Source: an uncultured Phycisphaerales bacterium
GTDB taxonomy: Bacteria; Planctomycetota; Phycisphaerae; Sedimentisphaerales; Anaerohalosphaeraceae
Direction: 5' to 3'
DNA length: 64,000 bases
NCBI GenBank assembly: GCA_937868095.1
Contig: CALMLO010000006.1
Coordinates: 1,791 to 65,790 of the forward strand
Both the position numbers and the translations under genes were made by a program. Position 1 is the stretch's first letter. Each line of letters starts with the position of its first letter. Shown here one piece after another: positions 9,301-20,254 of this stretch. A model generated the notes under the pieces. It saw only the letters and a list, made by a program, of their open reading frames with translations. It searched no databases and was not told where the DNA came from.

Positions 9301-11170
9301 AGTGCGGACCTACCTGAAATTCGACGAAACCAGCGGGACCACAGCCGCCGACGCCACCGGCGGTGGCCGAAATGGGACCCTTGTTAACGGCCCGATATGG
9401 ACAAGCGGGAAGTACGGCAATGCTGTTTCGCTGGACGGTTCAGACGACTATGTGAGTCTGCCGGCAGGCGTTGTCAACGGTCTGACCGATTGTACCCTCT
9501 CTGCCTGGGTGTATTTGAATACTATCAGTACGTGGTCTCGCATCTTTGACTTTGGTACCGGTACAGCCGTCAATATGTTTTTGACGCCCCGCAGCGTCGG
9601 TACGAGCGGGGTCGTGAGATTCGCCATTACAACCTCCGGAGCCGGAGGCGAGCAGCACATCAACGGTATATCGGCTTTGCCTGCCCGCACATGGACACAC
9701 GTCGCTGTTACCCTCAGTGGTAACACAGGGATTCTGTACGTCAACGGCCTCGAAGTCGGACGCAATACTTCGATGACGCTCAATCCCTCTTCATTAGGGA
9801 ATACAACCCAGAATTATATCGGCCGCTCTCAATACTCGGCTGATGCACATCTGAACGGATGCGTCGATGAATTTCGCATCTATTCGACAGCCCTCAGCGC
9901 CGTTGAAATCGTCCGGCTGTATGAAGAGCAGATTCCGCTGGTGGTTCCTTCCGCACCGACTGGCCTGACGGCGGTGGCCGTATCCGGAAGCCGCATCGAC
10001 CTGAGCTGGAACGCCTCTGACAATGCCGTCCACTATGACATCAAACGCTCCCTTGTCAGCGGGGGGCCATACACGACCATCACCAGCGTTTCCGGAACTG
10101 CTTACAGTGATAGAGGGCTGGCTGAACAGACCGCATACTATTACGTTGTCAGCGCGGTCAACAGCGTCGGCAGCAGTGCCGCCTCCCCTCAAGCCCACAC
10201 GGTAACGCTTGCCGAGCCCCCTGCCGCACCAACGGGTCTTGCTGCTGTGGATGCCGGCGGCTCGATCCTGCTGAATTGGAATGCCAACATGGAAAGCGAC
10301 CTGGCGGGATATCATGTTTACCGCTCGACAACTTCCGGCAGCGGATATACCCGATTGAACACATCTTTGCTGAGCAGTCCGACCTTTACAGACGGCAGCA
10401 TTTCCTATTATACAATCTATTATTATGCGGTCACAGCCGTCGATGCTGACGGTTATGAAAGCACCTATTCCCTGGAAGCATCTGTGATGCCGACCGATCC
10501 GCACGCGGTTATCCTGGCCGCCGCTGATTTCGAAAGCGGATTTGGAGACTGGGTGAACATTACCGACGAAGATACCCATGATTGGATTCGCCATTCCGGC
10601 ACGACTCTGACTCCCAATACCGGTCCCAACGGCGGAGCCAACGGGAGCACTTGGTATATTTACCTGGAGACTTCTCCGGGGTATGCCAACCAGGCCGGCA
10701 ACACGGCCATTTTGGAAAGTCCCCTGATTTATGGTTCTGAGCGTGTACTCATATTTTCCTATCATATGTATGGGATTGAGATTGGCACGCTGGCTGTAGA
10801 TATCTACGATGGCACCTGGCATTACGGCATCTGGAGCCGAAGCGGTCAGCAGCACAATTCTATCAATGAAGAATATACTCAGGCCTTTGTAGATCTGAGG
10901 GGTTATACCGGTCCGATTCGCATTCGCTTTCGCGCAGTGGCGGCGGGGGGGCCCCGCGGGGATATAGCGATTGATGAGATTACGGTTTTAGGCCGACGGC
11001 TTTATGGAGATATGAATGACGATTCGATTGTGGACATCGATGATTTGAGGGAATTTGCGGCCCTCTGGCTCCAGAACAACTGCACCGTTGACCTGAACGG
11101 CGACTGCCGGATTGACCTGTACGAATTTGCCGAGTTTGCCGCAAACTGGCTCTTGAATGATTCCAACTAA
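6338..11170 (+). CDS. giant secreted multimodular glycoside hydrolase: GH43 (arabinofuranohydrolase-like) + CBM6-like + GH30, then FN3, LamG, 2x FN3, MAM-like, double dockerin-like tail
   Basis: ORF 6242-11170, with the start moved to ATG 6338 (MKQLFMNTLDG.. plus a signal peptide); this also removes the overlap with the upstream gene. Motifs: YAADPTAIEWNGRLYVYCSNDEE..WAPCIVRNNDQFYLYFG (GH43); RVEGETLAQQSG..DNGDWICLRGVDFG (CBM6-like); WSPPAYLKSNG..ITIQNEPDW..IFMTEYGD (GH30). The C-terminal cassette has the same module order as in 784-6291. Confidence 0.9.
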   Translation: MKQLFMNTLDGTICRNILTTILLGLAVCSAWADYPIMSQHYAADPTAIEWNGRLYVYCSNDEENGEGTGYIMDSIVCFSTDDLKNWTDHGVVFDADELSSWYSGTAWAPCIVRNNDQFYLYFGDAYWGIGVVVSNDPTGPFTAPKNALVVKRSTLPGGTPGADSTWLFDPCVFVDDDGTPYLYFGGGGLNQGRVIQLDRNMIDTVGSAMTIESSEFFEASLMHKYNGTYYYSYADNYEDSTPSSLIVYHTAPSPTGPFTYQGVAVYQPPVNYGNNNHHTFFTFQGQWYCVYHNRYQATIDGVSTTEHRNICLDRLYYNPDGTIQPLIHTQDGLPQLKYLNPFVRVEGETLAQQSGIRTQVCSEGGMNVTAVDNGDWICLRGVDFGSGAGSFLARTASTKNGVGIELRLDSLTGTLIGTCSVPKTGGPQTWTTTCCNVSGASGVHDLYLKFVGPAEEDLLNLNWWQFQAEPLTMTSVTLDPSVFYQTIEGLGGAICFYNGWVTAHPYKSEIYNHAFSGLNLSLLRIGNWWRGVDGQDTATYEIAAAANQRLGHPVPVCISSWSPPAYLKSNGQTGGGGTLIQINGQYDYAGFADYWYNSLQDYIAHGINPAWITIQNEPDWTADYDSCRFDPTEATYASYALAQDAVYNRLQSMASPPKLLSPDCVGLYGNAAGLRNYLAQLNPNTFYGIAHHLYGGSTDGTPDGYNSAFTTVLNTRNTQFPGKPIFMTEYGDIKGMIPCANLIHNCLVVEQASGYSHWSLIWPGDIGLVEIEFPWGRYGAGGEWTNPKGYWLNPSYWSMKHYSYYVQPGFRRTKALSGHSDVLASAFLSPDGKRLIVVLINRLESDTAYVTLNVGSFAYDSSSVFQTAGEQYFQSLGPLAGSQLALPPLSLTTIVLDCYGPAAPTGLAATVIIDSQINLTWAASPGALSYNIKRSTVSGGPYTAISSNITGTSFSDTTISPETTYYYVVSANTLSGESANSAEASPSRVRTYLKFDETSGTTAADATGGGRNGTLVNGPIWTSGKYGNAVSLDGSDDYVSLPAGVVNGLTDCTLSAWVYLNTISTWSRIFDFGTGTAVNMFLTPRSVGTSGVVRFAITTSGAGGEQHINGISALPARTWTHVAVTLSGNTGILYVNGLEVGRNTSMTLNPSSLGNTTQNYIGRSQYSADAHLNGCVDEFRIYSTALSAVEIVRLYEEQIPLVVPSAPTGLTAVAVSGSRIDLSWNASDNAVHYDIKRSLVSGGPYTTITSVSGTAYSDRGLAEQTAYYYVVSAVNSVGSSAASPQAHTVTLAEPPAAPTGLAAVDAGGSILLNWNANMESDLAGYHVYRSTTSGSGYTRLNTSLLSSPTFTDGSISYYTIYYYAVTAVDADGYESTYSLEASVMPTDPHAVILAAADFESGFGDWVNITDEDTHDWIRHSGTTLTPNTGPNGGANGSTWYIYLETSPGYANQAGNTAILESPLIYGSERVLIFSYHMYGIEIGTLAVDIYDGTWHYGIWSRSGQQHNSINEEYTQAFVDLRGYTGPIRIRFRAVAAGGPRGDIAIDEITVLGRRLYGDMNDDSIVDIDDLREFAALWLQNNCTVDLNGDCRIDLYEFAEFAANWLLNDSN
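10525..11149 (+). repeat. copy 2 of the 625-bp near-identical coding repeat
   Basis: See 5655-6279. Identity falls sharply upstream of 10525 (ATCCTGGCCGCCGC versus ATTCTCAGTGCCGT) and downstream of 11149. Confidence 0.95.
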
Positions 11171-11272
11171 CCATTCGAATACGGCAGAGCCGCCGGAGAA
11201 ATGATTGCTCAATCCTCGCTCCGGCGGTATCTTGGGAACAAAAGAACGGTTTCTGAAACAGTGGAGGTTTCT

Positions 11273-13924
11273 ATGAAAAGGACGCAGCACACCCTTGCCG
11301 CCGGTTTTTTGTTTTTGTTTCTGGTCTTGAACATCGTCGCCGGCCAATCTGGCGGCATTGCCCCGATTGCTTTTGAACAATTCGAATACAGCGGGCAGGA
11401 TATTTACTCTCCATCTTCGCTGGAAGCAGGCCATTACCGGAATCCGATTCTGGCCGGCTTTCACCCTGACCCGAGTATCTGCCGAGTCGGCAATGACTAC
11501 TACCTGATTACTTCGACATTCGAATATTTCCCCGGTCTTCCCATCTTTCACAGTACCGACCTGGTCAACTGGAAGCAAATCGGCCACGTCATCCATCGTC
11601 CCGAACAACTGAACTATACCTCTCGTCGAACCAGCGGCGGTCTGTTTGCTCCCGCTATCACGTACCATAACGGCCTGTTCTACGTCGTCTGCACAATGGT
11701 TGATAATGTGGGCAATTTCGTCGTTACTGCCGAAAACCCTGCCGGCCCCTGGTCTGACCCTGTACGTCTGGATTTCAGCGGCATCGACCCGTCCATCTTC
11801 TTTGATGACGACGGCCGCGCATGGATTGTCAACAACGATGCCCCGCAGGGGCCGCCGCTCTACGACGGCCACCGAGCCATCTGGCTTCAGGAATTCGACT
11901 GGAAGAATCTCAAGATGGTTGGCCCGCGCAAAATGCTCATTGACGGCGGTGTGGACATCTCTCAAAAACCTATCTGGATTGAAGGTCCGCATCTTTACAA
12001 ACGCAAAAACTGGTACTACCTTTGCTGTGCTGAGGGAGGCACCGGCCCGGCACACTCTCAAGTCATCTTCCGAAGCCGCAGCGTGGACGGCCCTTATACC
12101 CCCTGGGATAAAAATCCCATTCTCACCCAGCGCAATTTAGACCCCGAAGTCCTCGGCGCTGTCACCTGCACGGGCCATGCCGACCTCGAAATCGGCCCTG
12201 ACGGCAACTGGTGGGCCGTCTTTTTGGCCGTTCGCCCTTATCAGAAGGGTCTGTCTCCGATGGGCCGGGAGACCTTTCTGCTGCCGGTAACATGGACTGA
12301 GGATGACTGGCCCATTATTCTTCCTCCAGGTCAGCGTGTCCCCCTGATTGCCAAGGCCCCCAAAGGGACTGTGGTTCGTTCCTCCGGCTTGACGCCGCTC
12401 AACGGCAGTTTTACCTGGCGTGACGACTTTAGGGACGAGACCCTTTCGCTGGAATGGCTTATGCTCCGCCAGCCCAAGGAAACCTGGCATCAAATTGATT
12501 CTGCCGCCGGCAAGCTTCTTCTGACTCCGCGAGCCGAATCTCTCTCCGGCACCGGCAATCCGACTTTTCTGGGGCGACGTGTCCGGCATCCGGTTTACAG
12601 CGTTTCCGTTATTGTCGAAATCCCCAAGCAGGACAACGTCTCGGCAGGGCTGGCGCTGTTTATGAATGAACGCCATCACTATTTTTTGGCCGTTCGCTGC
12701 ATCGCGGGCAAACCTTGTATTTATGTCGAATGTGTCAAACGAGGCCGAACAAGCGAGTTGGCCGCCGTCTCTCTGCCCGCAGCTGAACGCGTTCAGCTGC
12801 GGATGGATGTGGACAAGGCCGTCGGCTCGTTCGGCTATCAGCTGCCAGGACAGCAGCAGCAGATCCTGCTGGACAAGGCCGATACGTCGATGATTTCCTT
12901 TTCCGTCCCCGACGCTCTTTTCCTTGGCGCCACGGTTGGGCCGCACGTCCGGATTGACGAGCCCATCGTATCGTCGGACACTGCAAAAAAAGAAATCCAG
13001 TTTAAATCCGATGGGAATCCGGTTTTTCGGAACGCCTTTACGGCAGATCCGGCGCCCCTTGTGGATGGCGATACGCTGTATGTCTATGTGGGGCACGATG
13101 AAGCCAAAGGGGACGAATTGTTCAATATGAAGGAGTGGCTCTGCTATTCCACGAACGATATGAAACACTGGACAGCCCATGGGCCGGTCTTCAGACCTAC
13201 AGACTTCGCATGGGCAGTAGGCGACGCCTGGGCTTCTCAGGTTGTCAAAAAGGACGGTAAATATTACTTCTATGCGACGGTTCAGCACGGACCGCCTCAT
13301 GTCGGAAAAGCGATTGGGGTGGCGGTCTCGGACAACCCAACCGGCCCTTTTGTTGATGCTCGCGGAACAGCCCTGATTTACGACAAGATGACACCCAATT
13401 CTAAGAGACCTTGGGAAGATATTGACCCCACCGTTTGGATTGAGGAGGACGGAACGGCTTGGATGAGCTGGGGCAACGGCGATTGCTATCTGGCCAAGCT
13501 TAAGCCGAATATGATTGAGCTGGACGGCCCGATTCAGAAGATTGATCTGCCGCACTATTGTGAAGGGCCGTGGCTTTATAAACGTGGACAGATTTATTAC
13601 CTGATCTATGCGGCCATTCTTCCAGGGGTAATCCCGGAACAGATTGCTTATGCGACTGCGGAAACCATCACCGGCCCTTGGACATACCGCGGCATCCTGA
13701 CAGGCCCGGCCAAGAACAGTTTTACGATTCATCCGGCTGTGATCGAGTTCAAAGGGCAGGGGTATTTTTTCTACCACAATGCCGCACTCACGCTCAATGG
13801 ACAGACGGGGGCCACCGGTCGGCGCAGCGTTTGTATTGAATACCTTTTTTACAACCCGGATGGAACAATCAAGCCGATTCAGCAATCCGAAAAAGGAGTT
13901 GCTGTGGCCCCGGACATTCCGTAG
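11273..13924 (+). CDS. secreted protein with two GH43 modules (beta-xylosidase/alpha-L-arabinofuranosidase type with beta-sandwich, plus a second GH43)
   Basis: ORF 11201-13924, with the start at ATG 11273 (GTGGAGG RBS, MKRTQHTLAAGFLFLFLVL signal). Motifs: YRNPILAGFHPDPSICRVGNDYYLITSTFEYFPGLPIFHSTDLVNW (classic XynB-type GH43), and in the second module FTADPAPLVDGDTLYVYVGHDEA..WLCYSTNDMKHW..DAWASQVVKKDGKYYFY. Confidence 0.9.
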   Translation: MKRTQHTLAAGFLFLFLVLNIVAGQSGGIAPIAFEQFEYSGQDIYSPSSLEAGHYRNPILAGFHPDPSICRVGNDYYLITSTFEYFPGLPIFHSTDLVNWKQIGHVIHRPEQLNYTSRRTSGGLFAPAITYHNGLFYVVCTMVDNVGNFVVTAENPAGPWSDPVRLDFSGIDPSIFFDDDGRAWIVNNDAPQGPPLYDGHRAIWLQEFDWKNLKMVGPRKMLIDGGVDISQKPIWIEGPHLYKRKNWYYLCCAEGGTGPAHSQVIFRSRSVDGPYTPWDKNPILTQRNLDPEVLGAVTCTGHADLEIGPDGNWWAVFLAVRPYQKGLSPMGRETFLLPVTWTEDDWPIILPPGQRVPLIAKAPKGTVVRSSGLTPLNGSFTWRDDFRDETLSLEWLMLRQPKETWHQIDSAAGKLLLTPRAESLSGTGNPTFLGRRVRHPVYSVSVIVEIPKQDNVSAGLALFMNERHHYFLAVRCIAGKPCIYVECVKRGRTSELAAVSLPAAERVQLRMDVDKAVGSFGYQLPGQQQQILLDKADTSMISFSVPDALFLGATVGPHVRIDEPIVSSDTAKKEIQFKSDGNPVFRNAFTADPAPLVDGDTLYVYVGHDEAKGDELFNMKEWLCYSTNDMKHWTAHGPVFRPTDFAWAVGDAWASQVVKKDGKYYFYATVQHGPPHVGKAIGVAVSDNPTGPFVDARGTALIYDKMTPNSKRPWEDIDPTVWIEEDGTAWMSWGNGDCYLAKLKPNMIELDGPIQKIDLPHYCEGPWLYKRGQIYYLIYAAILPGVIPEQIAYATAETITGPWTYRGILTGPAKNSFTIHPAVIEFKGQGYFFYHNAALTLNGQTGATGRRSVCIEYLFYNPDGTIKPIQQSEKGVAVAPDIP

Positions 13925-13985
13925 AATAAATAAACCGAAACAGTCCGAAACATCTTTTTTCTGCGATAGGATTTTGGGAGGTGCT

Positions 13986-15554
13986 ATGAAAAAGAGTCTG
14001 CTGAATTGGCGGGTGGGGATATCTGCCGTTGTTTTTTTCTCCGGACTTCTCCATGCCAAACCGGCACAGAATCCGGTGATCTGGGCGGATGTGCCGGATG
14101 TGGCCGTCATCCGCGTCCAGGACACCTATTGGATGAGCAGCACCACAATGCATATGAGCCCGGGGCTGCCCATTATGAAATCCAAAAACCTGGTCAACTG
14201 GACGCTGGTCGGCTATGCCTACGACCGGCTGGTTGAAAATGATGCAATGAACCTGGAAAACGGCAAAAACGCCTACGGCGCCGGCTCTTGGGCCAGTTCT
14301 CTGCGCTGTCATAACGGAACTTACTACGCCTCGACCTTCTCGAGCACCAGCGGAAAAACCCATATTTACATCACGCAGGACATCGAAAAAGGACCCTGGA
14401 AAGAAATCTCCTGGGCTCCGTCTCTGCACGACCACTCCCTCTTTTTTGATGATGATGAACGCGTCTATATGGTTTATGGTGTCGGTGATATTCGGCTGGT
14501 GGAACTGGAACCGGACCTGTCCGGCATAAAAAAAGACGGCTTCCACGATATCATCATTAAAAACGCCAGTGCCGTGGCCGGCCCGAATATCGGCCTGCCC
14601 GCCGAGGGCTCGCAGATGCTCAAAGTCAACGGCAAATACTATTTGATGAACATCACCTGGCCCCGCGGTGGTATGCGCACGCAAATAATTCACCGCGCCG
14701 ACAAGATCACCGGCCCGTATGAAGGCAGAGTCATCCTTCAGGACAGGGGAATTGCTCAGGGCTGTCTGATTGACACCCCCGATGGCAAATGGTACGCCGC
14801 CCTCTTTCAGGATAATGGAGCTGTCGGGCGAACTCCCTGGCTGGTGCCCGTCCAATGGAAAGACGGCTGGCCTGTCCTCGGTATCGATGGCAGGGCCCCC
14901 GATGTTCTCGACATCGAAGATACCGAAGAAGGATTGTCCAATATCGTCTGTTCGGATGAATTTGACCGCCGCCCCGGCCGGCCCCTTCCCTTGGCCTGGC
15001 AGTGGAATCACAATCCGGACCATCGCTTCTGGTCGGTCGGCGTCCGAGAAGGTCACCTTCGCCTGACCACCGGACGCGTGGACCGCGATGTTCTTCAGGT
15101 TCGCAATATGCTCACCCAGCGAACCTTCGGTCCAGTCTGTTCAGCGACTGTCAAAATCGAAACGGCCGGCATGAAAGACGGCGATTGTGCCGGCATGATT
15201 GCGCTTCAGAAAAAGTACGGCTTCGTCGGCGTAAAGGCCGAAGGACAGCAAAAGTCTATTGTGATGGTCAGCGCTCAATCCGACAGCCCCCAAACCGTCG
15301 AAACCATCCCACTGCAGCAGGACATTGTCTATCTGCGCATCGACTGTGATTTCCGCAGCCGCACGGACAAGGCCTATTTCTATTACAGTCTGGACGGCAC
15401 CTCCTGGACTCGAATCGGCTCCGTTCTTCAGATGGCCTACACGCTGCCGCATTTTATGGGCTACCGATTCGGTCTGTTTAACTGGGCGTCCCAGACCTCC
15501 GGCGGTTTTGTTGACTTCGATTATTTCCGCATCAGCCCCCAAATCCGTGAATAA
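13986..15554 (+). CDS. secreted GH43 glycoside hydrolase with C-terminal beta-sandwich
   Basis: ORF 13779-15554, with the start at ATG 13986 (GGAGG RBS 7 nt upstream, MKKSLLNWRVGISAVVFFSGLLHA signal). Motifs: NPVIWADVPDVAVIRVQDTYWMSSTTMHMSPGLPIMKSKNLVNW and LAWQWNHNPDHRFWS. Confidence 0.9.
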   Translation: MKKSLLNWRVGISAVVFFSGLLHAKPAQNPVIWADVPDVAVIRVQDTYWMSSTTMHMSPGLPIMKSKNLVNWTLVGYAYDRLVENDAMNLENGKNAYGAGSWASSLRCHNGTYYASTFSSTSGKTHIYITQDIEKGPWKEISWAPSLHDHSLFFDDDERVYMVYGVGDIRLVELEPDLSGIKKDGFHDIIIKNASAVAGPNIGLPAEGSQMLKVNGKYYLMNITWPRGGMRTQIIHRADKITGPYEGRVILQDRGIAQGCLIDTPDGKWYAALFQDNGAVGRTPWLVPVQWKDGWPVLGIDGRAPDVLDIEDTEEGLSNIVCSDEFDRRPGRPLPLAWQWNHNPDHRFWSVGVREGHLRLTTGRVDRDVLQVRNMLTQRTFGPVCSATVKIETAGMKDGDCAGMIALQKKYGFVGVKAEGQQKSIVMVSAQSDSPQTVETIPLQQDIVYLRIDCDFRSRTDKAYFYYSLDGTSWTRIGSVLQMAYTLPHFMGYRFGLFNWASQTSGGFVDFDYFRISPQIRE

Positions 15555-15567
15555 TAATATCTGTTGA

Positions 15568-17640
<2,073 letters not shown>

Positions 17641-17667
17641 CCCTTCTGCTTGACAGGAGATTGAAAG

Positions 17668-19995
17668 ATGCCTCTTCAACGATCAAACCGGTTTGCCGAT
17701 ATTCTTGCAGTCGCCGTCCTTTGTCTGCCCGTCTTCTCCTGGGCAGACAGTCAGGATTCGCTGGTGCTCTGGTATACCGAGCCTGCTCGGCAGTGGGTCG
17801 AAGCCCTGCCGATTGGAAACGGACGGCTGGGCGCGATGGTCTTCGGCGGGATTGATCAGGAACGCCTTCAACTGAATGAAGAAACCCTGTGGGCCGGCGG
17901 GCCCTATGATTCGGCCAATCCCAAAGGAAGAGAAACTCTGCCGGAAATACGAAAACTAATCTTCGAGGGCAGCTATAAGCAGGCCGCCGAACTTGCCTCC
18001 CAAACGATGATGGCCAACCCCCTGGGACAAATGCCGTATCAGACAGTCGGGGATTTGCTGCTGTCCTTCGACACGATTGACAAGGTGGAAAACTACCGGA
18101 GAGACCTGAATCTTGATACAGCATTAGCATCCGTTTCTTATACGGCAGGGGGTACTGCCTATCAGCGCGAGGTCTTTTCTACCCCTGTGGCTCAGGTGAT
18201 TGTCATGCGGTTGACAGCCGATAAACCCGGCAAAATTTCCTTCACAGCAAGTCTGAAGACGCCTCAGCAGGCCCAGATAGAAAACGAAAACTCCAATACG
18301 TTGGTTATGCGAGGCGTCAATGGAGAATCCCAGGGAATCAAGGGGGCATTGAAATTTACACTTCGTGTGCGGTTTTTCAATCAGGGTGGAAAGCTCATTT
18401 CCGACAACAATACCATTTCCGCTGTTAATGCCGACAGCGTTACTGTGCTGATTGCCGCAGCAACCAGTTATAAAAACTATGCCGATCTCAGCGGTGACCC
18501 GGAAACGATTACGAAAGAGCAGATCGAGAAGGCATCCCGAAAATCGTGGGAGGCCCTCCGCAATGACCATATTCAGGAGTACCAGCGGCTGTTCCGCCGG
18601 GTTCAGCTGGATTTGGGTTCTACGAATGAAATCGCCAACCCTACCGACCGTCGGATTGAAAAATCCGATCTGCTTAACGATCCGCAATTGGCGGCACTTT
18701 ACTTTCAGTTTGGCCGCTATCTGCTGATTTCCTGTTCACGCCCCGGCTGCCAGCCGGCAAATCTCCAGGGCATTTGGAATGAAAGCATGAATCCGCCATG
18801 GGGCAGCAAATATACCATCAATATTAATACGGAGATGAATTACTGGCCTGCCGAGCCGGCAAACCTCTCCGAGTGTGCACAACCCCTCTTTGCAATGATA
18901 AAAGACCTGAGCAGGACCGGGATTCGAACGGCCCAGGTTACCTGGGGCGCAGAGGGCTGGGTGGCTCATCACAATACCGATCTTTGGCGGGCATCCGCCC
19001 CTATTGATGGTGTCTTCTGGGGGCTGTGGCCGACGGGCGGCGCCTGGCTCTGCAAGCACCTATGGGATCACTATGAATACACGTTCGATCAGGACTTCCT
19101 GAGGGAATATTATCCTGTTATGAAGGAATCAGCCCGGTTTTTCCTGGATACACTGGTTGAAGAACCAAAATGGAAATGGCTGGTAACCTGCCCCTCCCTT
19201 TCCCCGGAAAATGGCCACCCCGGCGGTGCGAGCATCTGCGCCGGCCCCACCATGGATATGCAGATTCTCCGTGATTTATTTTCTAATTGCATCGCTGCAT
19301 CTGAAATCCTCGGTGTGGATTCAGACTTCCGGACGCAGCTGGCGGCCGTGAAAGACCGCTTAGCCCCCAACCAAATCGGTGCTGCCGGTCAGCTTCAGGA
19401 ATGGCTGGAAGACTGGGATTTGCAAGCTCCGGATATCCACCACCGGCATGTATCGCATCTGTATGGCTTATACCCCAGCAGCCAGATTAATATTTACGAA
19501 ACCCCTCAGTTAGCTCAGGCAGCCCGAAAGTCGCTGGAAATTCGCGGCGATGAGGCCACCGGCTGGGGGCTTGGCTGGCGTCTTTGCCTCTGGGCACGGC
19601 TTCACGACGGCGAACATGCCTACACAATTCTTCAGATGCTTTTACGTCCCAGCCGGACCTATCCCAATATGTTTGATGCCCATCCGCCGTTTCAGATTGA
19701 CGGCAACTTCGGCGGCACAGCCGGCATTTGCGAGATGCTCCTTCAAAGCCGCCTTGTCGGTGATAGATGGGAGATGGAACCCTTGCCTGCTTTGCCGAAA
19801 GCTTGGCCGGACGGCTCCGTCAAAGGCCTTTCTGCCAGGGGCGGCTTTATAGTGGATCTCCAGTGGCAGGCAGGCAGACTGAAAACCGCAGCTGTTCATT
19901 CAATCCATGGGCATCCTTGCCAACTGCGTTACGACGGGACAGTTCATAAACTGAATATAAACAAAGCCCAGACCTTTATGTGGAATCCTTCCTAA
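17668..19995 (+). CDS. GH95 alpha-L-fucosidase-type glycoside hydrolase
   Basis: AGGAGA RBS and a signal peptide. The N-terminus LWYTEPARQWVEALPIGNGRLGAMVFGG..ERLQLNEETLWAGGP is the characteristic GH95 N-terminal signature. Size is 775 aa. Confidence 0.85.
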   Translation: MPLQRSNRFADILAVAVLCLPVFSWADSQDSLVLWYTEPARQWVEALPIGNGRLGAMVFGGIDQERLQLNEETLWAGGPYDSANPKGRETLPEIRKLIFEGSYKQAAELASQTMMANPLGQMPYQTVGDLLLSFDTIDKVENYRRDLNLDTALASVSYTAGGTAYQREVFSTPVAQVIVMRLTADKPGKISFTASLKTPQQAQIENENSNTLVMRGVNGESQGIKGALKFTLRVRFFNQGGKLISDNNTISAVNADSVTVLIAAATSYKNYADLSGDPETITKEQIEKASRKSWEALRNDHIQEYQRLFRRVQLDLGSTNEIANPTDRRIEKSDLLNDPQLAALYFQFGRYLLISCSRPGCQPANLQGIWNESMNPPWGSKYTININTEMNYWPAEPANLSECAQPLFAMIKDLSRTGIRTAQVTWGAEGWVAHHNTDLWRASAPIDGVFWGLWPTGGAWLCKHLWDHYEYTFDQDFLREYYPVMKESARFFLDTLVEEPKWKWLVTCPSLSPENGHPGGASICAGPTMDMQILRDLFSNCIAASEILGVDSDFRTQLAAVKDRLAPNQIGAAGQLQEWLEDWDLQAPDIHHRHVSHLYGLYPSSQINIYETPQLAQAARKSLEIRGDEATGWGLGWRLCLWARLHDGEHAYTILQMLLRPSRTYPNMFDAHPPFQIDGNFGGTAGICEMLLQSRLVGDRWEMEPLPALPKAWPDGSVKGLSARGGFIVDLQWQAGRLKTAAVHSIHGHPCQLRYDGTVHKLNINKAQTFMWNPS

Positions 19996-20254
19996 CCCGC
20001 CGGTTGGACGGGTACTCAGCACAGCAAGTCCGCATAAAAAAATACAGCCGTTGCGGGATTCTTCGCCCAACGCTCTATCTGCGCTTCCTCTGCCTCCTCA
20101 AAGACAGCCCCGCAGCAGCTACCGCATTTCTGCCATAGCCGGCCAACCGTCTTGTTTTAGAATAGGACGGCCCAAATATTTTTGCCTTTTTATACCAAAT
20201 CCTTGGATTGGGGATATAGACTAAGGGAAGGACAGCAATGTTAAGGGATAGACA

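Noticed and set aside
5655-11149. The 625-bp direct repeat considered as a possible insertion sequence or other mobile element.
   Set aside because: Both copies are in-frame C-terminal coding modules (MAM + dockerin-like). There are no terminal inverted repeats, no transposase and no target duplications, so gene conversion is the better explanation.
12137-14125. A 662-aa minus-strand ORF that spans two GH43 genes and the intergenic gap between them.
   Set aside because: The plus strand carries unmistakable GH43 motifs in-frame. The antisense translation is Arg/Gly/Pro-rich with no recognisable motif, RBS or signal. Long antisense ORFs of this kind are a by-product of codon bias. The same reasoning applies to 6926-7876, 9794-10855, 10988-12061, 13869-15056 and 15721-16719.
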